From contig QCIQ01000005.1 in the NCBI GenBank assembly GCA_003216595.1, positions 7,366 through 71,365 on the forward strand: DNA of 64,000 nt. The letters run 5' to 3'. Below the pieces are notes generated by a model, which was not told the DNA's origin, did no database searches, and saw only the letters and a program-made list of their open reading frames with translations. The position numbers were made by a program, and so were the translations under genes. Source of the DNA: Prochlorococcus sp. AG-402-M18 (GTDB taxonomy: Bacteria; Cyanobacteriota; Cyanobacteriia; PCC-6307; Cyanobiaceae). Positions 7,469-16,384 of the stretch are shown piece by piece. The stretch's first letter is position 1. Every line of letters begins with the position of its first letter.

Positions 7469-8035
7469 ATGAATTTAGATCTTCTCTTTTCAAAAATAAT
7501 TAAATATGTACTGAGCTTCTTAATCATATTTTTTGGAGTTAACCCAGTATTTGCTGGTGCAAATGTGGCCGTTAAGGGAGAAGGGGACGAAGTTCCAAGC
7601 TACGTTCGTTCTGATATCACTGGGTTTAACTTTCATGGAGAAGACTTACATCTTTCTTCAATAGCTGGGGCTATGGCAAGAGATGCTGATTTTAGTGATG
7701 TTGATCTTCACGGAACAACATTAACTTTGTCTGATTTAAAAGGTTCAAATCTTAATGGGATAGACCTTACTGATACCCTTTCAGACAGGGTTAACTTTCA
7801 GAAAACTGATCTTAGAAATGCAGTATTGATAAACATGATCGCTTCGGGTAGCAGCTTCGCTGGTGCTCAGATTGAGGGAGCTGATTTTACATTTGCAATT
7901 CTTGATAGTGAAGATCAGAGAAATCTATGTAAAATTGCAGATGGTGTAAATCCAACTACAGGTGTTTCTACCAGGGAAAGTCTTGAATGCGTAGGAGATA
8001 AAGAATCATATAAACCAGCCATGCCAGCTGCTTAA
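7469..8035 (+). CDS. Pentapeptide-repeat protein with an N-terminal signal peptide (probably thylakoid-lumenal or periplasmic)
   Basis: Tandem A(D/N)LXX-type repeats ([31 protein letters not shown]...). Signal-like N-terminus [30 protein letters not shown] prefer the ATG at 7469 to the TTG at 7436. Confidence 0.85.
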   Translation: MNLDLLFSKIIKYVLSFLIIFFGVNPVFAGANVAVKGEGDEVPSYVRSDITGFNFHGEDLHLSSIAGAMARDADFSDVDLHGTTLTLSDLKGSNLNGIDLTDTLSDRVNFQKTDLRNAVLINMIASGSSFAGAQIEGADFTFAILDSEDQRNLCKIADGVNPTTGVSTRESLECVGDKESYKPAMPAA

Positions 8036-8618
8036 TTTCCAAGAAGAATTCAAAAAAGATTTGTTATAAAATAATAGAATTAGTTGCAATTTTCTTTTTA
8101 TTGGTTTTCTTTAAAAAAGAGATTTAATTTATCGTGAAGAATTTTTGGCCACATCGATCAAAGGCAGAAGGGTTCTCAATTCAAAATCTTGCAAGTAAAT
8201 ATCGTTTAAAGATCTCGAGCGTATCTTCTAATCAAACATCAAATAAACTTGTGGATGATAGGAATGTCATATCTATGAAAGAAGAAAGTAAGAAGATCTC
8301 TACGGTTAATCTATCTATAAAAAGAATACATTGGGCGAATAGAGATTTTTCAGAGTATAAGGAGGCAGCTTGATTTTATTTCTTGGATGTTTTTTTTGTA
8401 TTTTGTATATTTTTAGTAAGAGGAATTGTTGATAAAACAAAAGAGATGACAAATAATACTGTTATTCCAACAAGGCTCCAAAAAGTTAGGTTAGATAGCT
8501 CTAATTCTCCAAATGAGACTGTTAGGTATGAAATCAATGTTTTATTTCTAATAATTTTTCAATGTGATTTTAGCAATAATTTTATTTTTTATAATTAATG
8601 CTTTTCGTCTTTTAAGAT

Positions 8619-8981
8619 TTACACATATTTTTTCTTTCCATCATTACTCATCTTGTAAATCCCCCCTTTTGGTCCTACAAATAGCATCTCACCATTAATT
8701 TTTGATTTACCAAATTTACTTAATCTAGATCTATGAATATCTGCTTTTTCTCTTAGTTCATCCTCTGAATACCATGTCCCCAAAGGGATATTTTTGCAAG
8801 GATCAAGTAAAAGGGAATTTGTAAATTCTTCAGATATCCTTTTTCGACGAACATTTATATTTTTGAACCTTTTCTTGAATCTTTCCATTAAACTCTTTCT
8901 GTTAGTAAATTTTTTTCTCTTTTTTAACGTTAAGAATATATATATACAGAGTATTATTAAAAATATCGGAATCAATTTCAC
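8619..8981 (-). CDS. Hypothetical membrane-anchored, highly basic protein
   Basis: 120 aa with an N-terminal TM helix followed by Lys/Arg-rich sequence. The C-terminus FVGPKGGIYKMSNDGKKKYV resembles, from memory, the GPRGG-x-Y...GKK-x-Y basic adaptor motif. Confidence 0.5.
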   Translation of the reverse strand: MKLIPIFLIILCIYIFLTLKKRKKFTNRKSLMERFKKRFKNINVRRKRISEEFTNSLLLDPCKNIPLGTWYSEDELREKADIHRSRLSKFGKSKINGEMLFVGPKGGIYKMSNDGKKKYV

Positions 8982-9264
8982 TATGGATGATTATAACCTT
9001 TTCTAATTAAAGCAACTTCTAGAAATAAAACCAGTTGATTACATAATATGAAATTGATTTCTCTTGACATTGTTTCTTTATTTTCTCTTGATTATCAAGT
9101 CGAAGCCTAGATTCGTTTTTTTTGAAAGTACTTCTTTTTTTAAAATACCTTTTTTAAATAAACTGATAATTATTATGATTGATTCAACAAAAAGAGAAAT
9201 AATTGAAAATATTAGGATTATAAAATTGTTAGTAATAGAATTTTTATTTTCTTTCTTTTTCATT

Positions 9265-10107
9265 TTAGTATGGTCCGTAATGGGTTGAGCATTCAGCACC
9301 GCAATATGCACCTATATTAATGGCTTGCTCTAAATTTAGTTTTGCTGAGAGAGCTGTAGTGACTGCTCCCGCGAAGCAGTCTCCACATCCATAGGTGTCG
9401 ATCTCTTTTGAGCTAGGCTTAATGGATTTGTATTTAATATTTTTAGGGAAAATTGTTCCACCTGATTTACCTTTTGTTGAAATGTATATTTCTGGTTTAG
9501 GTTCTAGTTCTTCAAAATTTATTTCCTCACCAGGATCAAGACCGCTACCAATTAAAGCGTCGATTTTTACTTTTGCATTTTTTAGGGTTTGCTCGCCTGT
9601 TCGGGGGGTGGCAGATAGGAATTTAGCTTCCCTGGCAAGTCTTATTCCTTCTTTATCGGTTGCGGTAACAAAAATACCATCGTAATTTTTCATATCACCC
9701 CAGGGTAGTTTATCAGAAGAGATTGGCTGCAATCTCTCTCCAATAACTGTAATTGCTCTTTCTCCATCTTTACTAATCAAGCTAATACCTTTTCTTGTTG
9801 GTTTTTCACGCCAAGCTACTTTTAAATTTAAACCAAGTTTAGTAAGCCTTTCGTAGCATTTTTCACCATAATTGTCTTTACCTAATGATGTTATTAAATC
9901 AACAGGTCCATTTATCAATCTTGCCATTTGGACAGCTGCGACTGCCGCACCCCCTGCTGCTTCCTCAAAGCAATCTTTTGCATGTGAAATTTCTCCGGCT
10001 AATGGAAGCTGATCTACCTTTAAGAATGTGACCCATTCAACATGTCCAATAACAGCTAATTTAAGTTTAGGGAGTTTAAATATTTTTTCAGGTGCATCAA
10101 TTCTCAT
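9265..10107 (-). CDS. PfkB-family carbohydrate kinase (ribokinase-like)
   Basis: 280 aa with the PfkB signature DTYGCGDCFAGAV near the C-terminus and a GG-containing N-terminal motif (EAAGGAAVAAVQ). Confidence 0.85.
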   Translation of the reverse strand: MRIDAPEKIFKLPKLKLAVIGHVEWVTFLKVDQLPLAGEISHAKDCFEEAAGGAAVAAVQMARLINGPVDLITSLGKDNYGEKCYERLTKLGLNLKVAWREKPTRKGISLISKDGERAITVIGERLQPISSDKLPWGDMKNYDGIFVTATDKEGIRLAREAKFLSATPRTGEQTLKNAKVKIDALIGSGLDPGEEINFEELEPKPEIYISTKGKSGGTIFPKNIKYKSIKPSSKEIDTYGCGDCFAGAVTTALSAKLNLEQAINIGAYCGAECSTHYGPY

Positions 10108-10110
10108 TCT

Positions 10111-10141
10111 TAACTATATTAGATTAAATCTAATATAGTTA
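10111..10141. repeat. 31-bp perfect inverted repeat (15-bp arms, 1-nt centre) 3 nt upstream of the pfkB-family start codon
   Basis: TAACTATATTAGATT-A-AATCTAATATAGTTA read directly from the sequence. It lies in the divergent intergenic region between 10107 (-) and 10241 (+). Confidence 0.85.
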
Positions 10142-10240
10142 GTGAATTCCATAAGTAAAAATATGAAATTTTTTTTTCATAAAATAGACAAACTTTATAA
10201 TAATTCTGATATATTATTTTGTATTAAATAATTATTTTCA

Positions 10241-10591
10241 ATGATAAGGCAGATTAAATGGTTGAAATGGCTTTATTTATTATTGGCTATATTAGGAGCC
10301 GTTTTACCTACACTCGCAAATATTGAATTTGCAAAAAGCTATGGTCCTGGTTTTGATATTCAATTATTTATAGAATTGGCTAATAATAATCCAGCTTCCC
10401 AGTCTTTATCTAGAGATCTATTTATAGGCTCAACAGCTGTATTTGTTTGGATAATTTCAGAATCAAAGAGACTAGAGATGAAAAATCTATGGATTGTAAT
10501 ATTTTCTACATTTACCATTGCATTTGCTTTTTCAGCTCCTCTATTCTTATATTTAAGGGAATTACGAATTGAAGAAATAAATAGTAATTAA
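10241..10591 (+). CDS. Small integral membrane protein (DUF2834-like)
   Basis: 116 aa with three or four hydrophobic helices. The family assignment is from memory. Confidence 0.55.
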   Translation: MIRQIKWLKWLYLLLAILGAVLPTLANIEFAKSYGPGFDIQLFIELANNNPASQSLSRDLFIGSTAVFVWIISESKRLEMKNLWIVIFSTFTIAFAFSAPLFLYLRELRIEEINSN

Positions 10592-10616
10592 ATTAATTTA
10601 AAAGGATTAGATCTAT

Positions 10617-11855
10617 TTATTTAATATTCCTAGATATTGGTACTAAGGCTATACAAATAAGACTAACCCCAAGCCATAATTGAATAGCTGTATCGAAACT
10701 GTCTATTAACTTGCCTGCCATCCAAGGGACTGTTAAGGAACTAATTCCAAAGCATTGAGAATATAAAGCTATTGCAGTGCCTTGGTATTTAATTGGCGAG
10801 GAATTTATAATTGAATCTGAAGCAGATGGTAAGAATATACATAGGGAAATTGTTAGAGGTATAAATGCTATAAGTATTAGTAGATATCCATCAAGTAAAA
10901 AATTGGAAAGTGATAAGAAAATAAAACCTATTAGTAGTGATATTAAGCATAATTTGAATTTAAAAGATGGGTTTTTATTCCTTAAAATATAACCTACTGG
11001 CCATTGAAAAATTGCAAGTAAAACTAGTTTAATTGCTACTAATGTAGCTACTCTTTGTTCTGTAAATGGTGGCCTTATTATACCACCTTTGGCTAAATCT
11101 AATGGAAGAATACTTTGTAATAAACTCATCACTCCTGTTATAAATAGAGTTATTAGAAATAAAGGAAATAACTTGATTAGCCATTTTAGATTAGATTTTT
11201 CCTCTAGATTTTTATTATTAAATGCTATATCAACTTTGTCCTTAGATTCAGCTTTAATTTTGCTTATGCCTAGCCTATTTAATAGAATATTGAATATATA
11301 TAACATGCATAAACTATCTATTAAATATATTATTCGTGTGAATTCAAAATACGTTCCTATAGTGCCTATAAAGACCCCTAATGTTATTCCAATGGCGTCA
11401 GCACTTCTAGCAAGAGAATAACCTTCACTTGATTTTATTTTGCTATTGCAATTACATGGAATTGCTAATTCTGCAGATGGCCAATAAATTCCAGCTGCAG
11501 CTCCTAAAGAAAACTGACCACAAAGGTAAGTTGGAAAATTTTGTGAAAAAAAAAGTAAAAAATCAGAGAATATTGCAATTAAACATGCAACTTTAATTGC
11601 TTTTTCATAGCTAAATTTTTTGTCAAGTAAATATCCTGTCCCAAACCTTGTCATTATCCCAGCAAATGCAGCTGTAGTTATTCCGCTACCAATTTGTTCT
11701 GCTGAAAAACCTAAACTATTGAAAATTATCGGACTTAAATATAATACCCCTCCTGCACCTATTGCTGTCCATAAACGAGCCTTTATGATTAATCTTAAGG
11801 ATACAGGGAATCTTTCCCAATAATTGCTAGCTCTAGAAGTTGAGAACAAATTCAT
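10617..11855 (-). CDS. Major facilitator superfamily transporter
   Basis: 412 aa with about 12 predicted TM helices in a 6+6 layout separated by a central hydrophilic loop (KAESKDKVDIAFNNKNLEEKSN). Confidence 0.8.
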   Translation of the reverse strand: MNLFSTSRASNYWERFPVSLRLIIKARLWTAIGAGGVLYLSPIIFNSLGFSAEQIGSGITTAAFAGIMTRFGTGYLLDKKFSYEKAIKVACLIAIFSDFLLFFSQNFPTYLCGQFSLGAAAGIYWPSAELAIPCNCNSKIKSSEGYSLARSADAIGITLGVFIGTIGTYFEFTRIIYLIDSLCMLYIFNILLNRLGISKIKAESKDKVDIAFNNKNLEEKSNLKWLIKLFPLFLITLFITGVMSLLQSILPLDLAKGGIIRPPFTEQRVATLVAIKLVLLAIFQWPVGYILRNKNPSFKFKLCLISLLIGFIFLSLSNFLLDGYLLILIAFIPLTISLCIFLPSASDSIINSSPIKYQGTAIALYSQCFGISSLTVPWMAGKLIDSFDTAIQLWLGVSLICIALVPISRNIK

Positions 11856-13435
11856 TCATTAAAAAATTAGTTGTTCTTGGAACAGTTGGAAGCTTACTAG
11901 CTCCTTATTGTTTTTATTCAAAACTTCAAGCTGCAGAGAGATTTGAAATTCATTTCGATGAAATGTCTATTCCAATTTCGATAAAAGAATTGATTGATTG
12001 GAGTAATGGTGCAGAGGAAAAAAATTCAGAATTAGCTAGCTGGCTTAATTTACTTGGCTTTAAGGAAAGGGAAGGTTTATCAAAGTTTTTAAATACTCCG
12101 TTGGTAAGAGATAAAAGTATGGCAAGACAAATTTTGAGAAGTTGGTCAGGTCGAAAATTACTTGATGAAGTAAGTGATCTAATCCTTATGGATGAAGACA
12201 GCTCTGGCGAAAGTGTTCTAGATACTTTGGAAAACCTATTAAATGAAAAGGAAGAGGTGACAACTTTTGATCTTCTAAATTCACTGTCGGCTAAAGCAAT
12301 TAATATTGATTTGGATGGGTGGATTGAAGTAGCTAATAATTGGAGAAGTGAATTAAATAAACAACAAAAACTCATATCTGATTTAGTCTCAATTAATGAG
12401 TTGGCAATTAAAAGAGAAGAAATCAATGTTTTGCCTTTTGAAATTAATGAAACTGAATATGAATTGATTTCCTTAAATGTTTTCCATCGAAATGAACCTC
12501 TAAATTTAGAGGTTTGGAATCCGTATTTTAGAAAGAAAATCAGAAAGAATTGGGTTCTTTTAATGCCAGGTTTAGGAGGAGATCGTAATCACTTTAAATG
12601 GCTTGCAAGAAGTCTTAGTCACAATGGTTGGCCTGTCGTTGTTCTAGATCATCCAGGTAGTGACTCATTAGCATTAGAAGCCTTGTTGAAAGGAAGACTT
12701 CCTTTGCCTGGCGCTGAAGTACTTCCTGAACGCTTGAACGATATAGATAGTATTCTCAATGCAAAAACATCAGGAAAAATTGATATTTCAGCGGAGAAAG
12801 TTGTCTTAATGGGACATTCATTAGGAGCACTCACTGCTATTTTGGCTTCAGGAGTAAAAATAGATGACCAACTCGAAAATAGATGTCAGAAAGTACTTGA
12901 TAACCTTTCTCTTTCTAATTTGTCTTCTCTTTTACAATGTCAACTAATAGATATTACTTTGTCAGATAGGGAAGGTATAGAAAATCTTTCAGCTATTGTT
13001 GGTTTAAATAGTTTTGGGAGTTTCTTGTGGCAGAACAATTTAGAAAATAAAATAAATACTCCTCTGTTTTTCACTGGAGGAACTTTTGATTTAGTTACAC
13101 CTTCTATTAGTGAGCAACTCGGTTTATTGATTGCTTTGAGCTCAAGCCCATTGAGCAGAGTTCTTTTAATTGAGGGAGCTAGTCATTTCTCACCAATTAG
13201 AGTAGAGGGACAGATGAATCAGCTTAAAGGTAAGGACTTATTTAATCTAGGAGAATCAATTGTTGGATATCATCCACTTTCTGTGCAGAGCTTATTAGCT
13301 TTTGAGATAATCAGCTTCCTAGAAAAATTGGAACAGAATAAATCAATTCCTCCGAGTATTAACTTAACTAAAGGCGATCTTAAGTTTCATGTTTTGGATA
13401 GGAATATAATTGAAAAACTTGTCAAGATTCAATAG
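11840..13435 (+). CDS. Secreted alpha/beta hydrolase with a cyanobacterial DUF1400-type N-terminal domain
   Basis: 531 aa with a signal peptide (KKLVVLGTVGSLLAPYCFYSKLQA) and the nucleophile elbow GHSLGA. A TTG start is inferred because there is no in-frame ATG before residue 41. Confidence 0.78.
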   Translation: MRTNSFIKKLVVLGTVGSLLAPYCFYSKLQAAERFEIHFDEMSIPISIKELIDWSNGAEEKNSELASWLNLLGFKEREGLSKFLNTPLVRDKSMARQILRSWSGRKLLDEVSDLILMDEDSSGESVLDTLENLLNEKEEVTTFDLLNSLSAKAINIDLDGWIEVANNWRSELNKQQKLISDLVSINELAIKREEINVLPFEINETEYELISLNVFHRNEPLNLEVWNPYFRKKIRKNWVLLMPGLGGDRNHFKWLARSLSHNGWPVVVLDHPGSDSLALEALLKGRLPLPGAEVLPERLNDIDSILNAKTSGKIDISAEKVVLMGHSLGALTAILASGVKIDDQLENRCQKVLDNLSLSNLSSLLQCQLIDITLSDREGIENLSAIVGLNSFGSFLWQNNLENKINTPLFFTGGTFDLVTPSISEQLGLLIALSSSPLSRVLLIEGASHFSPIRVEGQMNQLKGKDLFNLGESIVGYHPLSVQSLLAFEIISFLEKLEQNKSIPPSINLTKGDLKFHVLDRNIIEKLVKIQ

Positions 13436-14451
13436 CTAACCCTTGGATCTATATATGCAATAGCGATATCTATTCCAATACTAATCATGACAACAAGACT
13501 AGATATTGTAACAACTATCCCTTGAACGACAGGGTAATCCCTTTGGTTAATAGCCTCTTGAAGCCCAAGAGCAATTCCAGGCCATGAGAATGTTATTTCA
13601 ATTAAAAGTGCTCCACCAATTAAAGAAGAAATTGTTAATCCGGTAATTGTCAATATTGGGAGCAGTGTATTTGGTAAAGCATGTTTAACTAATATTCTGG
13701 AGTCTTTTATCCCTCTACTTTTGGCAGCCTGAATATAATCTTTTTTTAAAACTTCCTCTAGATTTAATCTTAATGCGCGACTGAATATTCCGCTTAATAA
13801 TATCCCTAAAGTGACGGAGGGTAATATTAAATGCTTAATAGAATTAAAAATAATTTCAATATTTTTGTCTAAAATACTATCTAAAAGTAAGAAACCAGTA
13901 ATTGCGGGTGGAGGAATAGCTCCAGGTGGTAATCTTCCACCAATTGGTAACCAACCTAGCAAAATAGCGAAGATTATTTGAATTAGCATTGCTGCCCAAA
14001 AAGGAGGAAGAGCATAGGTCCCAATTCCAAAAATTCTTCCCCAAAAATCTATTCTGCTTTCTGGTTTTACTGCTCCTGCAAAACCAATTAAATAGCCTAC
14101 TAGTGATGCTATCAATATTGAAAATATAGCTAATTCCAAACTTGCTGGAAGAGCCTTTGAAATAATTACTTTTACAGGTTCTTGTGTGTTTAATGAGATT
14201 CCTAAATTTCCATGAATTAATTGATTTAAATATTCGATATATTGATTAATTAGAGGTTTATCTAATCCAAGTTTAATTCTTAGGCTTTCTCTCGCAAATT
14301 CATTAGCTCGAGTGCCTAGAATTGCATCTACAGGATCGCCAGGTGCAATCCTCAACAAAATAAAAACTAAGCTCGAAATGATCCAAAGCATAATTGGCAA
14401 TAGTGTTAATCTGGAAAAGATATATTTGAAAAGTTCTTTTTTAGATGACAA
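13429..14451 (-). CDS. ABC transporter permease, peptide/nickel type (DppB/OppB-like)
   Basis: 340 aa, 6 TM helices, EAA-loop region YIQAAKSRGIKDSRILVKHALPNTLLPILT. Confidence 0.9.
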   Translation of the reverse strand: MSSKKELFKYIFSRLTLLPIMLWIISSLVFILLRIAPGDPVDAILGTRANEFARESLRIKLGLDKPLINQYIEYLNQLIHGNLGISLNTQEPVKVIISKALPASLELAIFSILIASLVGYLIGFAGAVKPESRIDFWGRIFGIGTYALPPFWAAMLIQIIFAILLGWLPIGGRLPPGAIPPPAITGFLLLDSILDKNIEIIFNSIKHLILPSVTLGILLSGIFSRALRLNLEEVLKKDYIQAAKSRGIKDSRILVKHALPNTLLPILTITGLTISSLIGGALLIEITFSWPGIALGLQEAINQRDYPVVQGIVVTISSLVVMISIGIDIAIAYIDPRVSY

Positions 14452-14453
14452 AA

Positions 14454-16031
14454 TTAGTATCTTTGTAGGTTTTTAAGAATAATTAGTCCATCGCTTGAGA
14501 ATTCTGGTTGACTTATATCTTTTAAAGACCAAGCTTTAGGATTAACTAGCCAAACTGGTAAATAGGCACTTCCTTCTGCTGCAAGTTGTTCAACTTTTAT
14601 TAAATTCTTTAATCTACTTTCTCCCTCTAGCTCTTCACTTTTCTCCAAGAGTTCTTGTAATTTATCATCACCCCAAAAACTACCACTGAATACAGCTTCA
14701 CCCTTAAGGCAAGAATTATTATTTATTTTATTACAACTTAATAAGGGTGTTAAGTATGCTTCTGGGTCAGGATATGCTCCAGTCCAATCTAATATAACAG
14801 CCTCAAAAGAACCTTCAGAAAGTTGTTTGTAGACTGTGGTTGATTCAACTCCATTTAAAGTTATTTCTATACAATCAGATAAATCTCTTTTGATTTGATC
14901 TTTCCATGTAAGGGCAAGTAATTTATCCGCAGGCACATTAGATCTAAATGTTAATGGAATAGAAAGAATGTTTGTTTCGCAGTAGCCTTCTTTCTTTAAT
15001 AAAGATCTTGCAATATTATGATTATATTTTGGCCATGGTGTAAATACTTTTTTGTGTAATTTGGGAGGGACTATTGATCTTAAGGGTTCTCTAGTGCCAA
15101 AACTTACTTGTTGACTAATTAGTTCCCTGTCAATTGTATAGGAAAGAGCCTCTCTAATTTTTTTATTTTCTAAGGGTAATTTATTACTTTTAAACGTAAT
15201 ATACCCTATCTCTATTGGATCACCTTCGCCTGATTTAAGTTGACCTTTATTAACCATATTATTTAATGTTAATCGTTGCATATCATCGATAGAATTTGAA
15301 ATCAGAACATCAACTCCTTTGGTTTTTAGAGCTCCAAAAAGAGTACTAGAATTACTGTAATTTATAAAGTCAATCCCTTTATTTAGAGGCTTTTCTCCCC
15401 AATAGTTTTTGAATGGTTTGATTATTTGTTGACTTGCGTTGAAACTTTCTAGGAAGTAAGGTCCCGTTCCTATAAAACTTTTATTATTGAAATTATCTTT
15501 ATAATTTGAATATGAATTAGGAGATATAGGTGTTAAATTTACTGATGTTAAAAGACTTTTTAGAGAACTTGAAGGCTTTTTTAATTTTATTCTTATAAGG
15601 AACTCATCTTTGACTTTAATCTCTTCTATTTTGTCATTTAATAGGTAATTTAAAGTTCCTATTTTCATGAAGCGATTAAGACTAAAGGCCATAGCTTCAG
15701 CATTGAAAATACTTCCATCGTGAAAAGAAATATTTTCTTTGAGTGGAATATCAATTAGCAAACCATTCTTACTTACTTTTGGTAAGTCTTTAGCCAAGCT
15801 GGGGTATAGATTTCCTTCCTTATCTACTTTGTATAAAGTATCTCCAAGAGCGCTTAATATTTGTAGTGTCCTAAGGGTATTTGCTTGAGCAGGATCAAGC
15901 GATTCAATTTTTCCTGCGCTTGCAACAATAATATTTTCTCTTTTCTTATTTTGAACGCAAGACAACTGTAAGAGAAATAAGATAACACTTGAGACTTTTA
16001 AAATATTTTTTATATAATGCAGTTTTAACAT
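14454..16031 (-). CDS. ABC transporter substrate-binding protein, family 5 (peptide/nickel type)
   Basis: 525 aa with a signal or lipoprotein-like N-terminus (LLQLSCVQ). Its stop lies 3 nt upstream of the permease start. Confidence 0.88.
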   Translation of the reverse strand: MLKLHYIKNILKVSSVILFLLQLSCVQNKKRENIIVASAGKIESLDPAQANTLRTLQILSALGDTLYKVDKEGNLYPSLAKDLPKVSKNGLLIDIPLKENISFHDGSIFNAEAMAFSLNRFMKIGTLNYLLNDKIEEIKVKDEFLIRIKLKKPSSSLKSLLTSVNLTPISPNSYSNYKDNFNNKSFIGTGPYFLESFNASQQIIKPFKNYWGEKPLNKGIDFINYSNSSTLFGALKTKGVDVLISNSIDDMQRLTLNNMVNKGQLKSGEGDPIEIGYITFKSNKLPLENKKIREALSYTIDRELISQQVSFGTREPLRSIVPPKLHKKVFTPWPKYNHNIARSLLKKEGYCETNILSIPLTFRSNVPADKLLALTWKDQIKRDLSDCIEITLNGVESTTVYKQLSEGSFEAVILDWTGAYPDPEAYLTPLLSCNKINNNSCLKGEAVFSGSFWGDDKLQELLEKSEELEGESRLKNLIKVEQLAAEGSAYLPVWLVNPKAWSLKDISQPEFSSDGLIILKNLQRY

Positions 16032-16073
16032 TTATTATACGATTTTATGATTATTTCTAACTGAGTAAAATAT

Positions 16074-16292
16074 TTATTGATGGGGAGATACTTGTTTAAT
16101 TGATATCTCGAAGACAGGGGATCCATTAGGATTAAGTGGCCATTCTCTGACCCAACATTTTTCATAAGAGTTATCTATGCCTAATACTTGAAAAAGCTCT
16201 TCTTGATTCTTTAAATAAACACAATCTCCTTGATTAATATTTTTTTCTGTTTCTTTTTTGGCTTTCTCAATTACGTTTTTTGATGTTTTCAT
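16074..16292 (-). CDS. Hypothetical small soluble protein
   Basis: 72-aa ORF with ATG start that fills the gap between flanking same-strand genes. I recognise no family. Confidence 0.45.
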   Translation of the reverse strand: MKTSKNVIEKAKKETEKNINQGDCVYLKNQEELFQVLGIDNSYEKCWVREWPLNPNGSPVFEISIKQVSPHQ

Positions 16293-16384
16293 GGTTTGGT
16301 TCCGAAAAGAAATTTAAAATAAAATTTCCTTTGTTCTATTTATATAAGTAGCAACTTAATTCAAATTTGACTAGTTTTCGTTAG

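Noticed and set aside
8134-8598. 79-aa (GTG start) and 71-aa (TTG start) plus-strand ORFs
   Set aside because: They have non-ATG starts, no recognisable motif and odd composition in very AT-rich DNA. I have nothing to support them as genes, so the region is reported as a finding instead.
9064-9311. Mutually antisense 74-aa (+) and 77-aa (-) hydrophobic ORFs
   Set aside because: Only one, if either, can be real. An internal ATG at 9263 on the minus strand, 1 nt after the pfkB-family stop, would give a 62-aa TM peptide and is the more plausible candidate. However, poly-A/T codon runs produce such frames by chance.
11950-12426. 158-aa antisense ORF inside the alpha/beta hydrolase gene (also 27492-27833 inside gyrA and 19395-19679 inside chlI)
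   Set aside because: These are Ser/Leu-rich translations typical of the reverse frame of AT-rich genes, and the sense-strand genes have strong family motifs.
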